In this document: positions 1-11,256 of the stretch, piece after piece
How positions within the stretch are numbered: position 1 is the first letter of the stretch
How the letters are laid out: every line of letters starts with the position of its first letter
Source: Lophium mytilinum
Taxonomy: Eukaryota
Assembly: GCA_010093605.1 (NCBI GenBank)
Contig: MU004197.1
Coordinates: forward strand, 558,001-622,000
DNA length: 64,000 nt
Direction of reading: 5' to 3'
The notes under the pieces: generated by a model
The model's database searches: none
What the model was told of the DNA's origin: nothing
Seen by the model: the letters and a program-made list of their open reading frames with translations, nothing else
Position numbers and translations under genes: made by a program

Positions 1-91
1 AAAAGTTAGAAAGTTAGACTGCGAGTTTTAAGCATCCTATTGTCTGGAGGGCGACCTGCCTGTGGAGCCACTCCTCACAACGGCGTAAAGC

Positions 92-405
92 AAGCAAGAC
101 TGAGGCTAAAGTAGGGCAATACTCCATCTGTATGCCTGGGGATAGAAAGTTCATCTCCTTCAACTACGTAGTGGATATCGAGCTACTCTTTGACTAGCTA
201 GAAACTGACTAGCTAGGTCACCCTCACGGTGGCATTGGATAAGCAAGACTGAAGTCAATTCATGGTAATATCCGCTTTGTAAGCCTGGAAATGCGACAAT
301 CACTTCTTCAACTTATATATGTGTCGATGAGGTGAACATTGGGCTATTCTTTGACTGTCCAGCGGCCTACTAACTAGGGCGCTCCTGACGATGGCGTTAG
401 ATAGG
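92..405. repeat. Degenerate tandem repeat, two units of about 150-160 bp, with a partial third copy near 845-915
   Basis: Units start AAGCAAGACTGA at about 92 and 241 and share ...CTTCAACT... and ...GCTA(C/T)TCTTTGACT... in the same order. CTCTTTGACT recurs at about 846. Confidence 0.6.
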
Positions 406-1027
406 CAACACTAAAGCTCTAAGGACACACTTTCCTTCAAACTTTTCAATATTTCGAGGTATCATTCGCAGTAAGGTAGAAGCACACACAAAGATATGAA
501 GATGATTGCATAATTTACTACTTCCTAACAATCTTCCCCTCCAGACAATTTCGGTGCATGGTCTTGAAAAGCTATCTAGCAATACAAGAGTTACTGGATC
601 TCGAGTTACACATCACGTTCCTCAAAGAACCAGGTTGTTGTCGCTGTAAGTTAAATGATTGCTGCTCATCTTGAGCTGAAAAGCTGATTAGCCCATGATC
701 GAAAGTCGCCTGATATCCTCGTCAACCCATTTACAGTGACCAGTCAGAAGCCTATGCACACCCCTTTACCATTACATGGGGTACCCCCATAAGTGTTTAT
801 GCCTTTAAGTGCCATGTCAAGTTCCAGGCAGTGTGAATTGGACCGCTCTTTGACTTACTGTTCAGTAACTGGCTGGGCGACCCCTGGCAGCGGTGTTATA
901 TGAGCAAAATTAGAGCCAAAAAGGGATAAGTCCGCGCGCTTGGACTGCATCATATGCGTACTGTGCGAATTGATTGACAAAAACAACCGTCTATGGTCTT
1001 TCAGATATGCCCTCACCATTCCCATAT

Positions 1028-1990
1028 TCAACACCCATATCCGGGCTCGTCATGAACGGATCTGCAATCCACTAATTCACAATCTTCGTCCCCGTACTTG
1101 ACGTACCAGCACAGAGCAAAACGGCATCCTAAACGACTCAATAGACAAGCCTGGCAAGGAAACTTGCCGTCGCAGCCGATTTTGCGAACAAGGCAGTTGA
1201 TACATACGAGCTCGCGAGGAGGTGATATGGGGATGATGCTATGGGGTGAAATATCTCGCGAACTCAGCTTCGAAGCACTAGGCGTCATGGTAGGCAAAGA
1301 ATGGTCGCTGTCCTCCATGATTGAGCTTCCGCGGTGACTTGGAGGGAGTCCGAGATATCCAGGATAGTCGCTGAGAGTGAGCTTCTCTGCTTCAGTCCTC
1401 TTGATATTTGGGAGAAGCTGCTGTCTACGCTGCTCCATTTCGGCCATCTCTGTGCGGAGCTGCTCCTCGGGTTGTGAAGCCTCTGACTGCTCGCCTGGCC
1501 CCTGTGATCCTTCAGGGCGGAGTCCGAGGCGAAGAAATGGCACCTTCTCCTTTTTTGTTTTTTTCTGTGGCTTCGTTGCGTCCTTTGCCGCTCCTTTGCG
1601 CTTCAACCCCTTGGGTTGGGGTTCTATGACACTCTGTGGGGCCTTTATCTTTGCCTCTAGCACAACGCCCTTACGGGTTGAGGCAGAAGCTTCATCAACC
1701 TGGGCTTTCACGGTCCCCTGTTTCTCCGTTACCTTTCTTTCTAGCGCCACACGCCCCTGCGCCAACGCAAAGACTTCCTGGGCGAGGGTCTGGTTCTCTC
1801 GGAGAAGGGTCTTGTTGGCGCAGGCTTGTGCAGCACAACGATCTTCCAAGAGGTTGGAGATATCTTCCTTCACTTCGGTATCACTGGTTTCCTTTGAGAA
1901 GGCTAAGAGGAGCTTTTCGTTTTCGTCTTCGGGGAGTATGTAGTGACCCGTCTGGCACATCGGGCAGGGTTGGCGTCTAGGCATTTCCAT
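1028..1990 (-). CDS. Family member g1: CxxCxxxH module, coiled coil, C-terminal Zn2Cys6-like cluster and CCCH finger (about 320 aa)
   Basis: ATG at 1990 in good context, with TATAAAT upstream. N-terminus CPMCQTGH. C-terminus CINC-x6-C-DGKFP-CQAC-x6-C followed by C-x9-C-x4-C-x3-H. Confidence 0.8.
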   Translation of the reverse strand: MEMPRRQPCPMCQTGHYILPEDENEKLLLAFSKETSDTEVKEDISNLLEDRCAAQACANKTLLRENQTLAQEVFALAQGRVALERKVTEKQGTVKAQVDEASASTRKGVVLEAKIKAPQSVIEPQPKGLKRKGAAKDATKPQKKTKKEKVPFLRLGLRPEGSQGPGEQSEASQPEEQLRTEMAEMEQRRQQLLPNIKRTEAEKLTLSDYPGYLGLPPSHRGSSIMEDSDHSLPTMTPSASKLSSRDISPHSIIPISPPRELVCINCLVRKIGCDGKFPCQACLLSRLGCRFALCWYVKYGDEDCELVDCRSVHDEPGYGC

Positions 1991-2621
1991 CTTGACGGGG
2001 CAGCGCACTGTGTAGGCAAGCTTTGAGATAAGACGCGAGGGCAAAGTACGCACAAGCGCCTAAACTCCGCATTTATAGTCTTGTCTGCAGCAGTATCTTT
2101 GTTTGTTGCGAAAGTTTGTTTATATTGGGATGTATTTGGTGGGAACTGGAGGGAAATATGAGGTTAAACATGAGCCCTCAGCTTGGTCGTAATTTGACTT
2201 GTGCTTCGATGACCGCTGTGGATATAGGCTCATTCACCTTCACCAGATGATTGCCTAGCGCCATCTGCTTGCGATCAGGCAGCTTCCTGCGCAGTCTTGT
2301 CGCCGACCTGCTCCACACCCACTTCCAAACTCCCACCACTGGCGTTGAAAGCCATCCCCAGGGCTTTCTTCGTTGGCAATTGACACTCCTACTGTTCCTG
2401 ATATCCGAGCCAAGCTTGCTTTCCTCATCAGCACGTCCAATCCAGCACCGCCATCGGCACCAGTTGTGCCACAGTCCTTGGTCCGCACCCACAGCTGCAC
2501 ACTTCGCCGTGTATGAGACGCTCATCGAGTTCTCCTCGACATCCCGAAAAGTCGCTCATAACCCGCCAAGATCACTCACCGTTCTCAAGTAGCGATCGGG
2601 AAGAACGCTCCAGACGCCAAC

Positions 2622-3449
2622 ATGCCAATAAATTCATTGTACGCGGATACTCAGTGCCTGATATGCGAGGGAACGCATTTCGTAGTCACCAAACCCAACA
2701 AGATTAGGCTGCAAGATGCCATCGTCACTGTGCAGGATCCACTCAAGAGACTCGACATATCGGCCATCCTCTTCGACATCGATCGACAGCAGATATGCGA
2801 GATTGCAATGCTTCGTGCTCAAGCCGCTGCAAACATCTCAGCAAGCATCGAACAGCCCTTCCTCCGTCACATCGAGGACAAAGATCGGATGATAGAAGAG
2901 CTCAAGAGTCGACTCGCCGACCGCGATTCACAGCTCGAAAAAACCCGTCAAGCTACCGACGTGCTCGAGCGTGAGATCACCAACCTCAACGATGAGCTCG
3001 GCAACCGCGATGCAACCATTCAGCGCCTTGAAGAGAGAGTCCCCCATTTGGAAGGCCAGCTTGCCGAGGCCCGCAACTATCATGAAATGGTGATGCGTGC
3101 GAAGCATCAGCTGGCTGACGATCTGAAGAAAACAACCAACAAATTCGAGGCAAGCAAGAAGGTCATCACCATGCAGGAGAAGGGTATGTCTGAACTGAGA
3201 GCGGCGAAGCGCGTCCGAACCGAACCACTAGTCCACAAGTTGCAATGCCTGGATTGCTTTAAGACCGACCAGAGTGATTGCGATGGGTCTTCGAACTGCC
3301 AGAACTGTCAATCAGCGAACACACTGTGCACGTATCGCCTCTGCAAGCCATACCACGAGAAGTCTAGGTACAGCCACGGCAAGGGTTGTACTAAGCTTAG
3401 GTGCACCCAACTTCACGACGAGGACAGGGAGGGATACCGCTTCTCCTAG
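2622..3449 (+). CDS. Family member g2: full architecture (275 aa)
   Basis: CLICEGTH; long E/K/L/Q-rich heptad region; KRVR; CLDC-x7-C-DGSSN-CQNC-x6-C; C-x14-C-x4-C-x3-H. Confidence 0.85.
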   Translation: MPINSLYADTQCLICEGTHFVVTKPNKIRLQDAIVTVQDPLKRLDISAILFDIDRQQICEIAMLRAQAAANISASIEQPFLRHIEDKDRMIEELKSRLADRDSQLEKTRQATDVLEREITNLNDELGNRDATIQRLEERVPHLEGQLAEARNYHEMVMRAKHQLADDLKKTTNKFEASKKVITMQEKGMSELRAAKRVRTEPLVHKLQCLDCFKTDQSDCDGSSNCQNCQSANTLCTYRLCKPYHEKSRYSHGKGCTKLRCTQLHDEDREGYRFS

Positions 3450-5820
3450 GGGGATGAAGGTCAGGTCAACAAGAAGAAGATTGACACGAGTGAGGCGGCT
3501 ATTTGATCACAGTACTTTCCATTGGGACGGCAATGGCCAGGCACAAGTTCATAGCTTAATGCCCTACAGATCCAATATGCACTTTTTGCTTCTGGTGACA
3601 TATCTTACTTGATGCAATATTCCCATCACCCTAAATGTGCTTTTTCAAAGTCTAAAGAGATAAGGAACAGCCGAGATTAAGCGCATTCTTCCTTATCACG
3701 ATTGTGATAAGCCCTTAAAGATTCCACGACTTTCTGCGCCGAGGTGAAAGCCTCTGATTGGCTGCTGCCTGGCAGGCCTGGCGCTCCTGGCGTTCCTGGC
3801 GTGCACCTGGGTCCAAGCGCGGCTGAGTCATCAGCGAAGCGACGACCTATATCTTCTGCTCCTCGCCCACCGACCTGAACCTTTCTTCTTCAAGCCAACA
3901 CCAACATGCCACGGCAGGACCGTCCCGACATCAGGGATTCCCCGCCATCAGGGGAGCGCAACTGGCACGCTGCAAAAAGTGTACTGTTTACGGACACCGG
4001 CGTGCAAAACAGTTGCGGCGCAGCAGCCCACGGGACCACCATCCCAACAGGGTTTGCTGCCTCGCGGATTAGGAACCGTTGCAAATGAAGAGGAGCTAGC
4101 TTTGTCCTGTTCTACGCAGCATGAACGGGTCGGGCGCCTACCTCAAAAGAACTCTGTCAATGCAACGTACCCTCTTCCGTAAGGAGCGATTCACACGGTA
4201 CTCCTCAAAGGGTTCTCCCAGAGCAAAAGCCAATGGGTCGCTCAGTGGCATGTAGCTGCAAAAGGTACGTCGTCCTCTCTCCTCCACTAACAGTCTTCAT
4301 CGTGGACGAGTCGGGTGGTGGATTGGCACCAGCTGCGAAACGCCAGAGGGATTCGTCCCGGGGATGGTGGCGACCTTTGTTCAACCTTATGGAAGTATTC
4401 CCCTCCCATTTTCTTCTCATGACCTTCACTAACACTACTCACAGGGCTATTCGTCGCTGGATGGGAGTGGTTGGTTACTGGGTTCGTGTCGCTCTCATAG
4501 TTATAATGAATGCTGACATCTTCCTCATTTCGAGTGTCTCTTGATCGTGATCTGTGATGTAATGTCATTCTTTTGCACTGTGCTGCTATGAAGTGAGTCT
4601 TGCATTGTCTTTCTAACCTCATCGCTACTACTTGAAATCGTACATCATCACCCAGAGCAAGATTCAGCATCTGCAGGCAGGCGATTCTCGAATCACCATC
4701 AAAAATGTTTAATATCAGCCAGTCCTATGCTAACTTTCATCACCGCTACTCGTCGGTGATAAGTAGAACTTCCAACACTGACGGAGATACCAACAGCATT
4801 GGGAATTAGGCACTGGCTCTCCCCCGATGGCAGCCTCTCAACAGTCTATGGTCTGAGAAGAGGCAGCGTTAGTTCCTCCTTCGATGGAGAGAGGCGCTTT
4901 CGTCTCGTGTCGCGTTAGTTGCTACAATCTTCCGTTTCCTCAAAACCTTCTGTCTCCCTATCCCGATCCGATTCGAATCGCTCTGCGCTCGTTGAGCAAA
5001 AGCCTTGCCAACAGCAGCCAATACCCCATCTAGTGTAGTGTCAGTACGGCCGTCAGATAAGTGTTTACCTTTCCAAAACGAGTCTTCTCTGTCCTGCCGT
5101 CATCGCCAGAGTGCACGCGCGTAAACCCTCTTCTCCCTTCCTTCCTATCGCGATCAACTCCCATTGTCTGCAATTTGGAATACGCAGCCATCTACGTCTA
5201 AAGCCTTCGCATCGGTAGAGCCGCTAGCATATACATACAGCTTCTTTAGCACATCATACTAACCAAGCAGTCTCATACGCTTGGCCTCCGTTAATGGACA
5301 CTATCACAGACAACGATGGAACTGATAGCAGTGCCTTATCTCGAGTCCAAACCTGTGGGATTCATTTTAGGACATGCGAGAAAAGCAGGACCGTATGGCA
5401 AAGCGCAAAAATGCTGCCCCAAAGACGACTTCATGACTTTGAAATCTAGCTTCTGAGATAGTCTCATCTCTAGGATATTCCCGCGCAAATACTTAGCTTC
5501 TCGATGCGGCGACCAGTTTGACCTGAGTTAGAACTCGCAGGGAAAGCGATCAAGCAGGGGGGCATAAGCAGAATTACAATATAGCCACAGGTTTCATATT
5601 GAACAGTTTCCAGAAGAGCCCATATCATCATTATGCAGTGAAGGTCCCTCGATCTTCCCTTACATCGAGCACCAGCCCGAAGAAGCTAGCTACATAGTGC
5701 AGAAACCGATCAATGCAACACTAGTGCATTTTTGAAGCCCAATCGCAATCCCCGTGAATCAAGATGGTCAACTGTTCGTATGTGAAGGCTCCAATGATCG
5801 CACCAGCTAGCTTCAACTAG

Positions 5821-6600
5821 TCAAGCCGGAACCAAAACCATGCCGGCGTCCGGGTCCCTGCCTTTACGAATGTACTTGCAGAGGTTTGGCGCGCCAGACA
5901 CCACGCAGAAACTGCAAGGTCTACCTTTGTCGCATGTTCTCTTCGCTTCAAAGCAGACTGTGCAAGCGGAAGGCCGAGCGCCGCGGCGTTGACGCTTCTT
6001 GGGTGGGATAGGGCGGCGTAAGCCCGTAGGGTTGGGGGATGAGGCCTCGCCGCCTCTTGTCTTAGCAAGGAAAGTAGGTTGCTGATTGTTCCGCTGAGCC
6101 CTCCGGATCGTGTTCTCCATGATGTATTCACCTTCGGCCTTCTGGAGTCTGGTGTTCTCGCAGAGTAGCTCGCCTATTTCGCTGGTGAGGCGGGCGATTT
6201 TGATGGCATTGGCTTCAGCCTGGAGGTGCAAGTGGGCATTTTCGGTGCCACAGTCGTCTCGCTCGTGTGTAACAGTCGAGAGTTTGCGCATAGTTTCCCC
6301 TAGTCTAGGGGCTAGAGTCTCCTTCTCTTTAGCATCCATCTTATTCGTAGCCGTGGGTTTGCCGTTGAGGTCGTCGTATTGCTCGTCCAAGTTTTTAAAT
6401 TTATCCTGAAGATCCTTGCTCGTACGGTACAATTCCATAGACTTGCTCTATCCATCATTCATTCGATTCTCCAAGATCCTAAGGATCATAGTTCTATCCT
6501 CGTCTGAGAGGTCATCAGGAGTATTTAGGTGGCCCCAAAGCCGGGTGCTGTTGTGAACGCCATCGTCTGCATGGCGCAATTGACAAAGGGAGCAGTACAT
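5821..6600 (-). pseudogene. Family member g3 with an internal stop: CxxCxxxH module, coiled coil, Zn2Cys6 (no CCCH)
   Basis: ATG at 6600 reads MYCSLCQLRH...ILENRMNDG*SKSMELY, in frame with the track ORF 5821-6438. TAG at 6448-6450. C-terminus CTVC-x6-C-DKGRP-CSFC-x8-CKY. Confidence 0.75.
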
Positions 6601-7673
6601 GTGCTCCCTTGTCGCGGAGTGGTTCTAGTGGGACAGTGAGTAGAGTGAAGAAAAGAATACGATTTAGAAGTCGTGAGTGACTAGTCGGAAGTCTTATGGC
6701 TATGGGGGTCTTACCGTGGAGAGCTGGGCAAGGTTTGGAGTGTCTGAGTGGGACAACTGTCGCTGATCTCAAGGTGGTGTGTATTGGTTTTCTGGCCTTG
6801 TTCTGGAGACTGAAGTTCCCTTGATGGTTTGTCCTTGATGTCATGCTAACGGCGCGCGACGACCGCATTCACGGCTCTAGTACCAACAACGGCACTGCCT
6901 ACATGAGCTTGCTACCCGTCTTTCCCGCGGCCAACTCTATCCACCACAGCAACAGCCTCGCAAGCTAAGAAGGCTTTCTCCTACGGTCATCGCTGATGAG
7001 CCAGCAGCTGAGCTAACCTTTGCTGTATCTTACCGTAACAAGTAGCTCAGCTGGATAAGGGAATCAAAATCAGTTTGGTGAGCTTTGGACACCCTTGCTA
7101 GGGGCTAGAAATCTACCCAAAATCAAGTATAACACCTCTTGCTATGCCCATTTACAACTCTTTACTGTAGTGTCCTAACTTGCGTGATCTCCGCTTTTGA
7201 AATGCCACTGATCGTTCGAGATTTTCGACCATATCTTGTTCTTCATGCTTTCCCTGCCCATTGCTTGAGGTTTTCCGACATCGATTCTATATTCCAGGCC
7301 CTCAAATCGCCATACTAGAGCTATGGCGTTTCTCCCGCTGGCATACAAGTGAAATTCATTCAGCACAAGCCAGTATTGATAGTGAACGGTGAATGAGGGT
7401 GGCGGCTTTCGGACCTCCCCGCCTTTTATTCTGACTTAACTGAGGGTTCTCGCTCCTCGATCTTCAATCTTTCCAACCTCTTCATCGGAAACACCACACC
7501 CAACATATTCACAGAATCCGCCACACTCATACATCTCAAAGTTCCTTCACACTGCCTGACCTCCACGTAAGTATTCCACAATTGCGTACTGACCGCGGGT
7601 CTGCCCGCCGGTACATATAAGATCAGGCTCACTCAGGCAATCCAGTCGTGGCCAGTGCTGACCTCTAATTAGC

Positions 7674-8333
7674 ATGTCCGTGAACTTGGACTTCCCGAAG
7701 GTCAAATGCGAGATGTGTGGGCAGGATCACATTGATTGCACACACGAGGAAGGAAACTCTCTGATCGCTGCTATCTATTCCGAAGAGGACATCGACAAGC
7801 GACGTGCAATGAAACCGGTACTCCAGGACCTCTTTTTCCAAAAGCCCAAATGCGCGGAGCTTCTTCATAAAAAGCGAGCCCAGGACATGCATAACCAGAT
7901 CGAGGCGATTAAAAAAGCCAAACTTGACGCGGATAACCAGAACGAAGCGAGAGACAAGGTCATAAGGGACTTGAAGAACGAGATCGAGGCGACCGACAAG
8001 GTCATAAGGGACTCGAAGAAAAGGGACTTGGAGAACGAGATCGAGGCGACGAGAGACCTCGAGAAGCTTCGGCGCAAAACCGAGAGATGTCGGGAGCTAA
8101 ACCGGAAGTTAGCGGAGATTGCGGCAGCCCAGGCACAGCAGCGCCTGGACTACGACGCCTTCCAGGAAAAGGAGCGCGAGGCCGAAGAATCTGGTGATAT
8201 CCGGAAGATAGAGATGCTGGAGTGGGAGCGGCTTGCTCTCTACGAGAGGCACGACGATTTGGTGGACCAGATAGCTGCCGTTGAGGCCGATGTTCCTAGC
8301 AAGTGGGATGACGAGCTGCTCGAATCCCAGTAG
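7674..8333 (+). CDS. Family member g4: CxxCxxxH module and coiled coil only (219 aa)
   Basis: NLDFPKVKCEMCGQDHIDCT...VLQDLFFQKPKC; no C-terminal Cys cluster; TATA-like TATATAA at about 7614. Confidence 0.8.
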   Translation: MSVNLDFPKVKCEMCGQDHIDCTHEEGNSLIAAIYSEEDIDKRRAMKPVLQDLFFQKPKCAELLHKKRAQDMHNQIEAIKKAKLDADNQNEARDKVIRDLKNEIEATDKVIRDSKKRDLENEIEATRDLEKLRRKTERCRELNRKLAEIAAAQAQQRLDYDAFQEKEREAEESGDIRKIEMLEWERLALYERHDDLVDQIAAVEADVPSKWDDELLESQ

Positions 8334-8379
8334 AGCGTCAAAAGAGCGAGACGAGGATGATGGTCTATTGGGAGCATTG

Positions 8380-8606
8380 TGTCGGTGAAGTGGGTCGGGT
8401 ATCTGGAACAAACCTGCCAAGATCTTTGGACGAAATGAAACAAGGAACACTTTACTGTCAGGGAGTGGCGACGAGGGTTACCGTAGGCATGGCATCTTGT
8501 ACATACCCTCACCTTTCGTCAGACTTCTCTCTCTCTCTCTCTCTTCCTTATATCATCGTACTACAATACATCAAGTATACGGCCTAGAGCTCCTTTTTCC
8601 GTGTTA
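8380..8606 (+). mobile_element. Degenerate solo-LTR-like repeat, related to the copy at about 59.4-59.7 kb
   Basis: Begins TGTCGGTGAA. Its 3' part, GCATGGC...TCTTGTA...(CT)n...CAATACATCA...ACGGCCTA, aligns by eye with 59618-59729. Confidence 0.55.
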
Positions 8607-9543
8607 TTTGCATAGATTGGAACACTACGAAGTTTCTAGACGGACCTTGAACTCCTCTTGATATGCCGTCCCTTGTGCAATTGCAAACTGAATAGTCAGG
8701 CAATCAAATGTTTCAGGTTGACTTACTAGTATCGACACACCTTCCTCCAAATACATCCTTCCATGATGAACATTGTTCTAGGAGAGCGCTACTCGTAATC
8801 CCCCTTTTCACTATACTTAAACCCCTTCCCGCCTTATAGACTATAACATCTCTTCTTGGGCTTGGAGGATCTAGGGATTCCTCCGGTCATTTGATGATTC
8901 ACACATTTGTATCTTCATCTGCACGTGTAATTTTTCCGATTCGCGCAGCTGTACGTCAGGCCGTCCTCGAGCCGGTATAAAACGCCATCCGCAAGCCCGC
9001 ACAAGAGGCCGTACGTAAGCCTACACGTGTACTCGTACATAAAGCTGTAGAGCTATATAGAGCGGGACGTAATGGGAAGCCGGACACGCAGCCATGTCGT
9101 TTTGCTATATTGCTATCTCCTTTACCTCTGTATCTAAGAGGACGCTGGCTTCATCTGAAGCTTACCTTATAGAGGTCCCTTCTCATCAGGGCATCTGCGC
9201 TCACACAAGAGTACGAAAGGATGTCCTGAAGAGTCTGTCCAGCTTTTTAGCCAAATTAGAAAATAAGACGAGAAAATGGATGTACTATACGCCTTGCAAA
9301 ACGTGTATATTGGAGGAGCGCTCTCTCTGATCCATATGTCTTGACACCTCTGGATCATATTTGAAAAAGAGTGAATGGTGGGGCAAGGTTGCCTGCAACG
9401 TCAAGATTCACCTTTTTGGACCACCACCTGCGCCTTTATGAGCATATAAGTAGCCTATGACCCTGGGAGGTCCTTACTTACAGTTTTCCAACATCTTCCA
9501 CCTCTTCAACGCCTCCATCCCACCACCACTTACTCACCTCAAC

Positions 9544-10608
9544 ATGTTTTCCACACCCCCTGTAGAGTAAGTGCCCCTCACATAATTATTGACTACAACA
9601 GATCACCTTAGGGAAAGGCTACTGTGGCCTTTGCATACCCCGAGGCGCTTTGGTTAGTACAATACACCCATACTAACCTTCGTTAGGATGTTCCCGAATC
9701 TTGACTTTCCGCAATTCGAATGCAGCCAATGCACAAAGAGTCACTTCGACTGCACCGACGACGACAAGAACAGGCTCATAGAGGCCCTCGGGGCTGCTGA
9801 TTCTCAGACTGTGCACACTATAGCCCGATCTATAATATCGAAGATTCTACGAGACATCTCCGACCGCGACAACTGCGACAAGATCGAAACATTGACGAGG
9901 ATCAAGAAGCTCACTAGTGAGACTGAAGCAGCCAACGTCCAAATTAATAACAGCGAGAGAGTCGTTGCAGGTCTCCAGCAAGAGATAGAGAAGTTGGAGC
10001 CGCTGCTTCGCCAACTTGAAGAGAAAGAGTCGAAGACCGAAGACCTCCAGCAACAGGTGGAATTAACCAATTGTGGCTTAGCTTCACCGGTCAACGAAGA
10101 GAATGCCAATGTAGAGCGCCAGGAACTCGATACCCCGAGGGAGGGCAATGTTCTAGCTCTGCTTGGCCAAATTCGGGAGCAACAGAAAGAAATTGCTGAC
10201 CTCAAGCAAGGGATCGACGACCGCAATTGGCGTATCTTCCAGCGCGAACAGAGCATAGAGCGTCTCTCTCAGGCAACGGGTGTTGATGCGTTGACCAATC
10301 AACTTGAAGCGAAAGACGATAAAATCGAGACCCTTATGCGCGAGATTGACGAAGGGAATTCTCGGCTCCTCGTCCGCGAAAAAGAGATCAACGATCTACA
10401 GAAACAGATCAACGAGAAGGACTGCGAAAAGGATAATCTTCAGCGACAGATCGGCGCGCGGAATTCTCAAATCCTGGGTCGGGACTATGTTATAAAGGAG
10501 CTCCACGAGAAGGTGGAGCAGATGAAGAGCCGCCTTGAGGCTACTGATGTTACAACCCCTGGGATGGACAGAAAGAGGGCTCGGACTGAGGCTTCGGCTC
10601 GAGATTGA
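9544..10608 (+). CDS. Family member g5: CxxCxxxH module and long coiled coil ending in RKRAR; no zinc cluster
   Basis: Probable exon 1 at 9544-9566 and intron 9567-9686 (GTAAGT..TACTAAC..TAG), joining in frame to MFPNLDFPQFECSQCTKSHFDCT...ILRDISDRDNC. Confidence 0.8.
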
Positions 10609-11256
10609 TATGGTAAGGGAAGAATGACGGGGTGGCCAGATGCACTGACCGCTAAATGAAACGGTATGTTTGTCATGCAGTTGGAATGTCAAACACCTGC
10701 CATGAGCTTCATAGATGACACAATATATGGAACATTGAAATAATCATGTATCTTCGATTAGCGGGATTAATCATAGCGCGGGCGGCTTCTGTGAACTTCA
10801 GAATTAGTGTAAAATAGGACGTAGACAATCTTATAATGGGAGCCAGACTTCCAAATTATTCGTTGTTCGCAGCAATGATCTTCCAGTAATGATGCAAATT
10901 CATAAGATTATGAGACCGATTATGAGTCCGTCTCAGCTACCAACTGTTATAGACAAGCTGTCGTCACGTGCTGTACACGTATACTGCTAGCGATCGTGCG
11001 GCAGCGTTGCTGCGAGGTCTCGAATACTTGGTGTAAACCGTGTGTATTTGTAGAAGTGAGTGTGGAGGATAGACCTCCACACGTTGTTTGTAACTAATTA
11101 TCTGCCCCTGCTTCCTGCCTTCATTGTCCGCCAGCCCGTGCATGCCTGACATTGAGAATCTCAATTGACCTACCACAGTCTTCATATGCTGCTTCTACAC
11201 TTAACACTCCTCACTTTTCTCGCCATGCAACCCCTTTTGGTATACGTCTTCATGCC

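Noticed and set aside
3906..4260. Possible ninth, decayed family member (CKKCTVYGH at 3971-3997, behind a promoter-like region)
   Set aside because: Spacing is CxxCx4H, it is out of frame with the ATG, and there is no coiled coil or zinc cluster.
4870..5380. Possible small spliced gene on the minus strand (two intron-like segments)
   Set aside because: No convincing start or recognisable product could be assembled.
10608..10720. Zn2Cys6 relic after g5, which ends at RKRAR as g2 and g6 do before their clusters
   Set aside because: No Cys pattern was found downstream.
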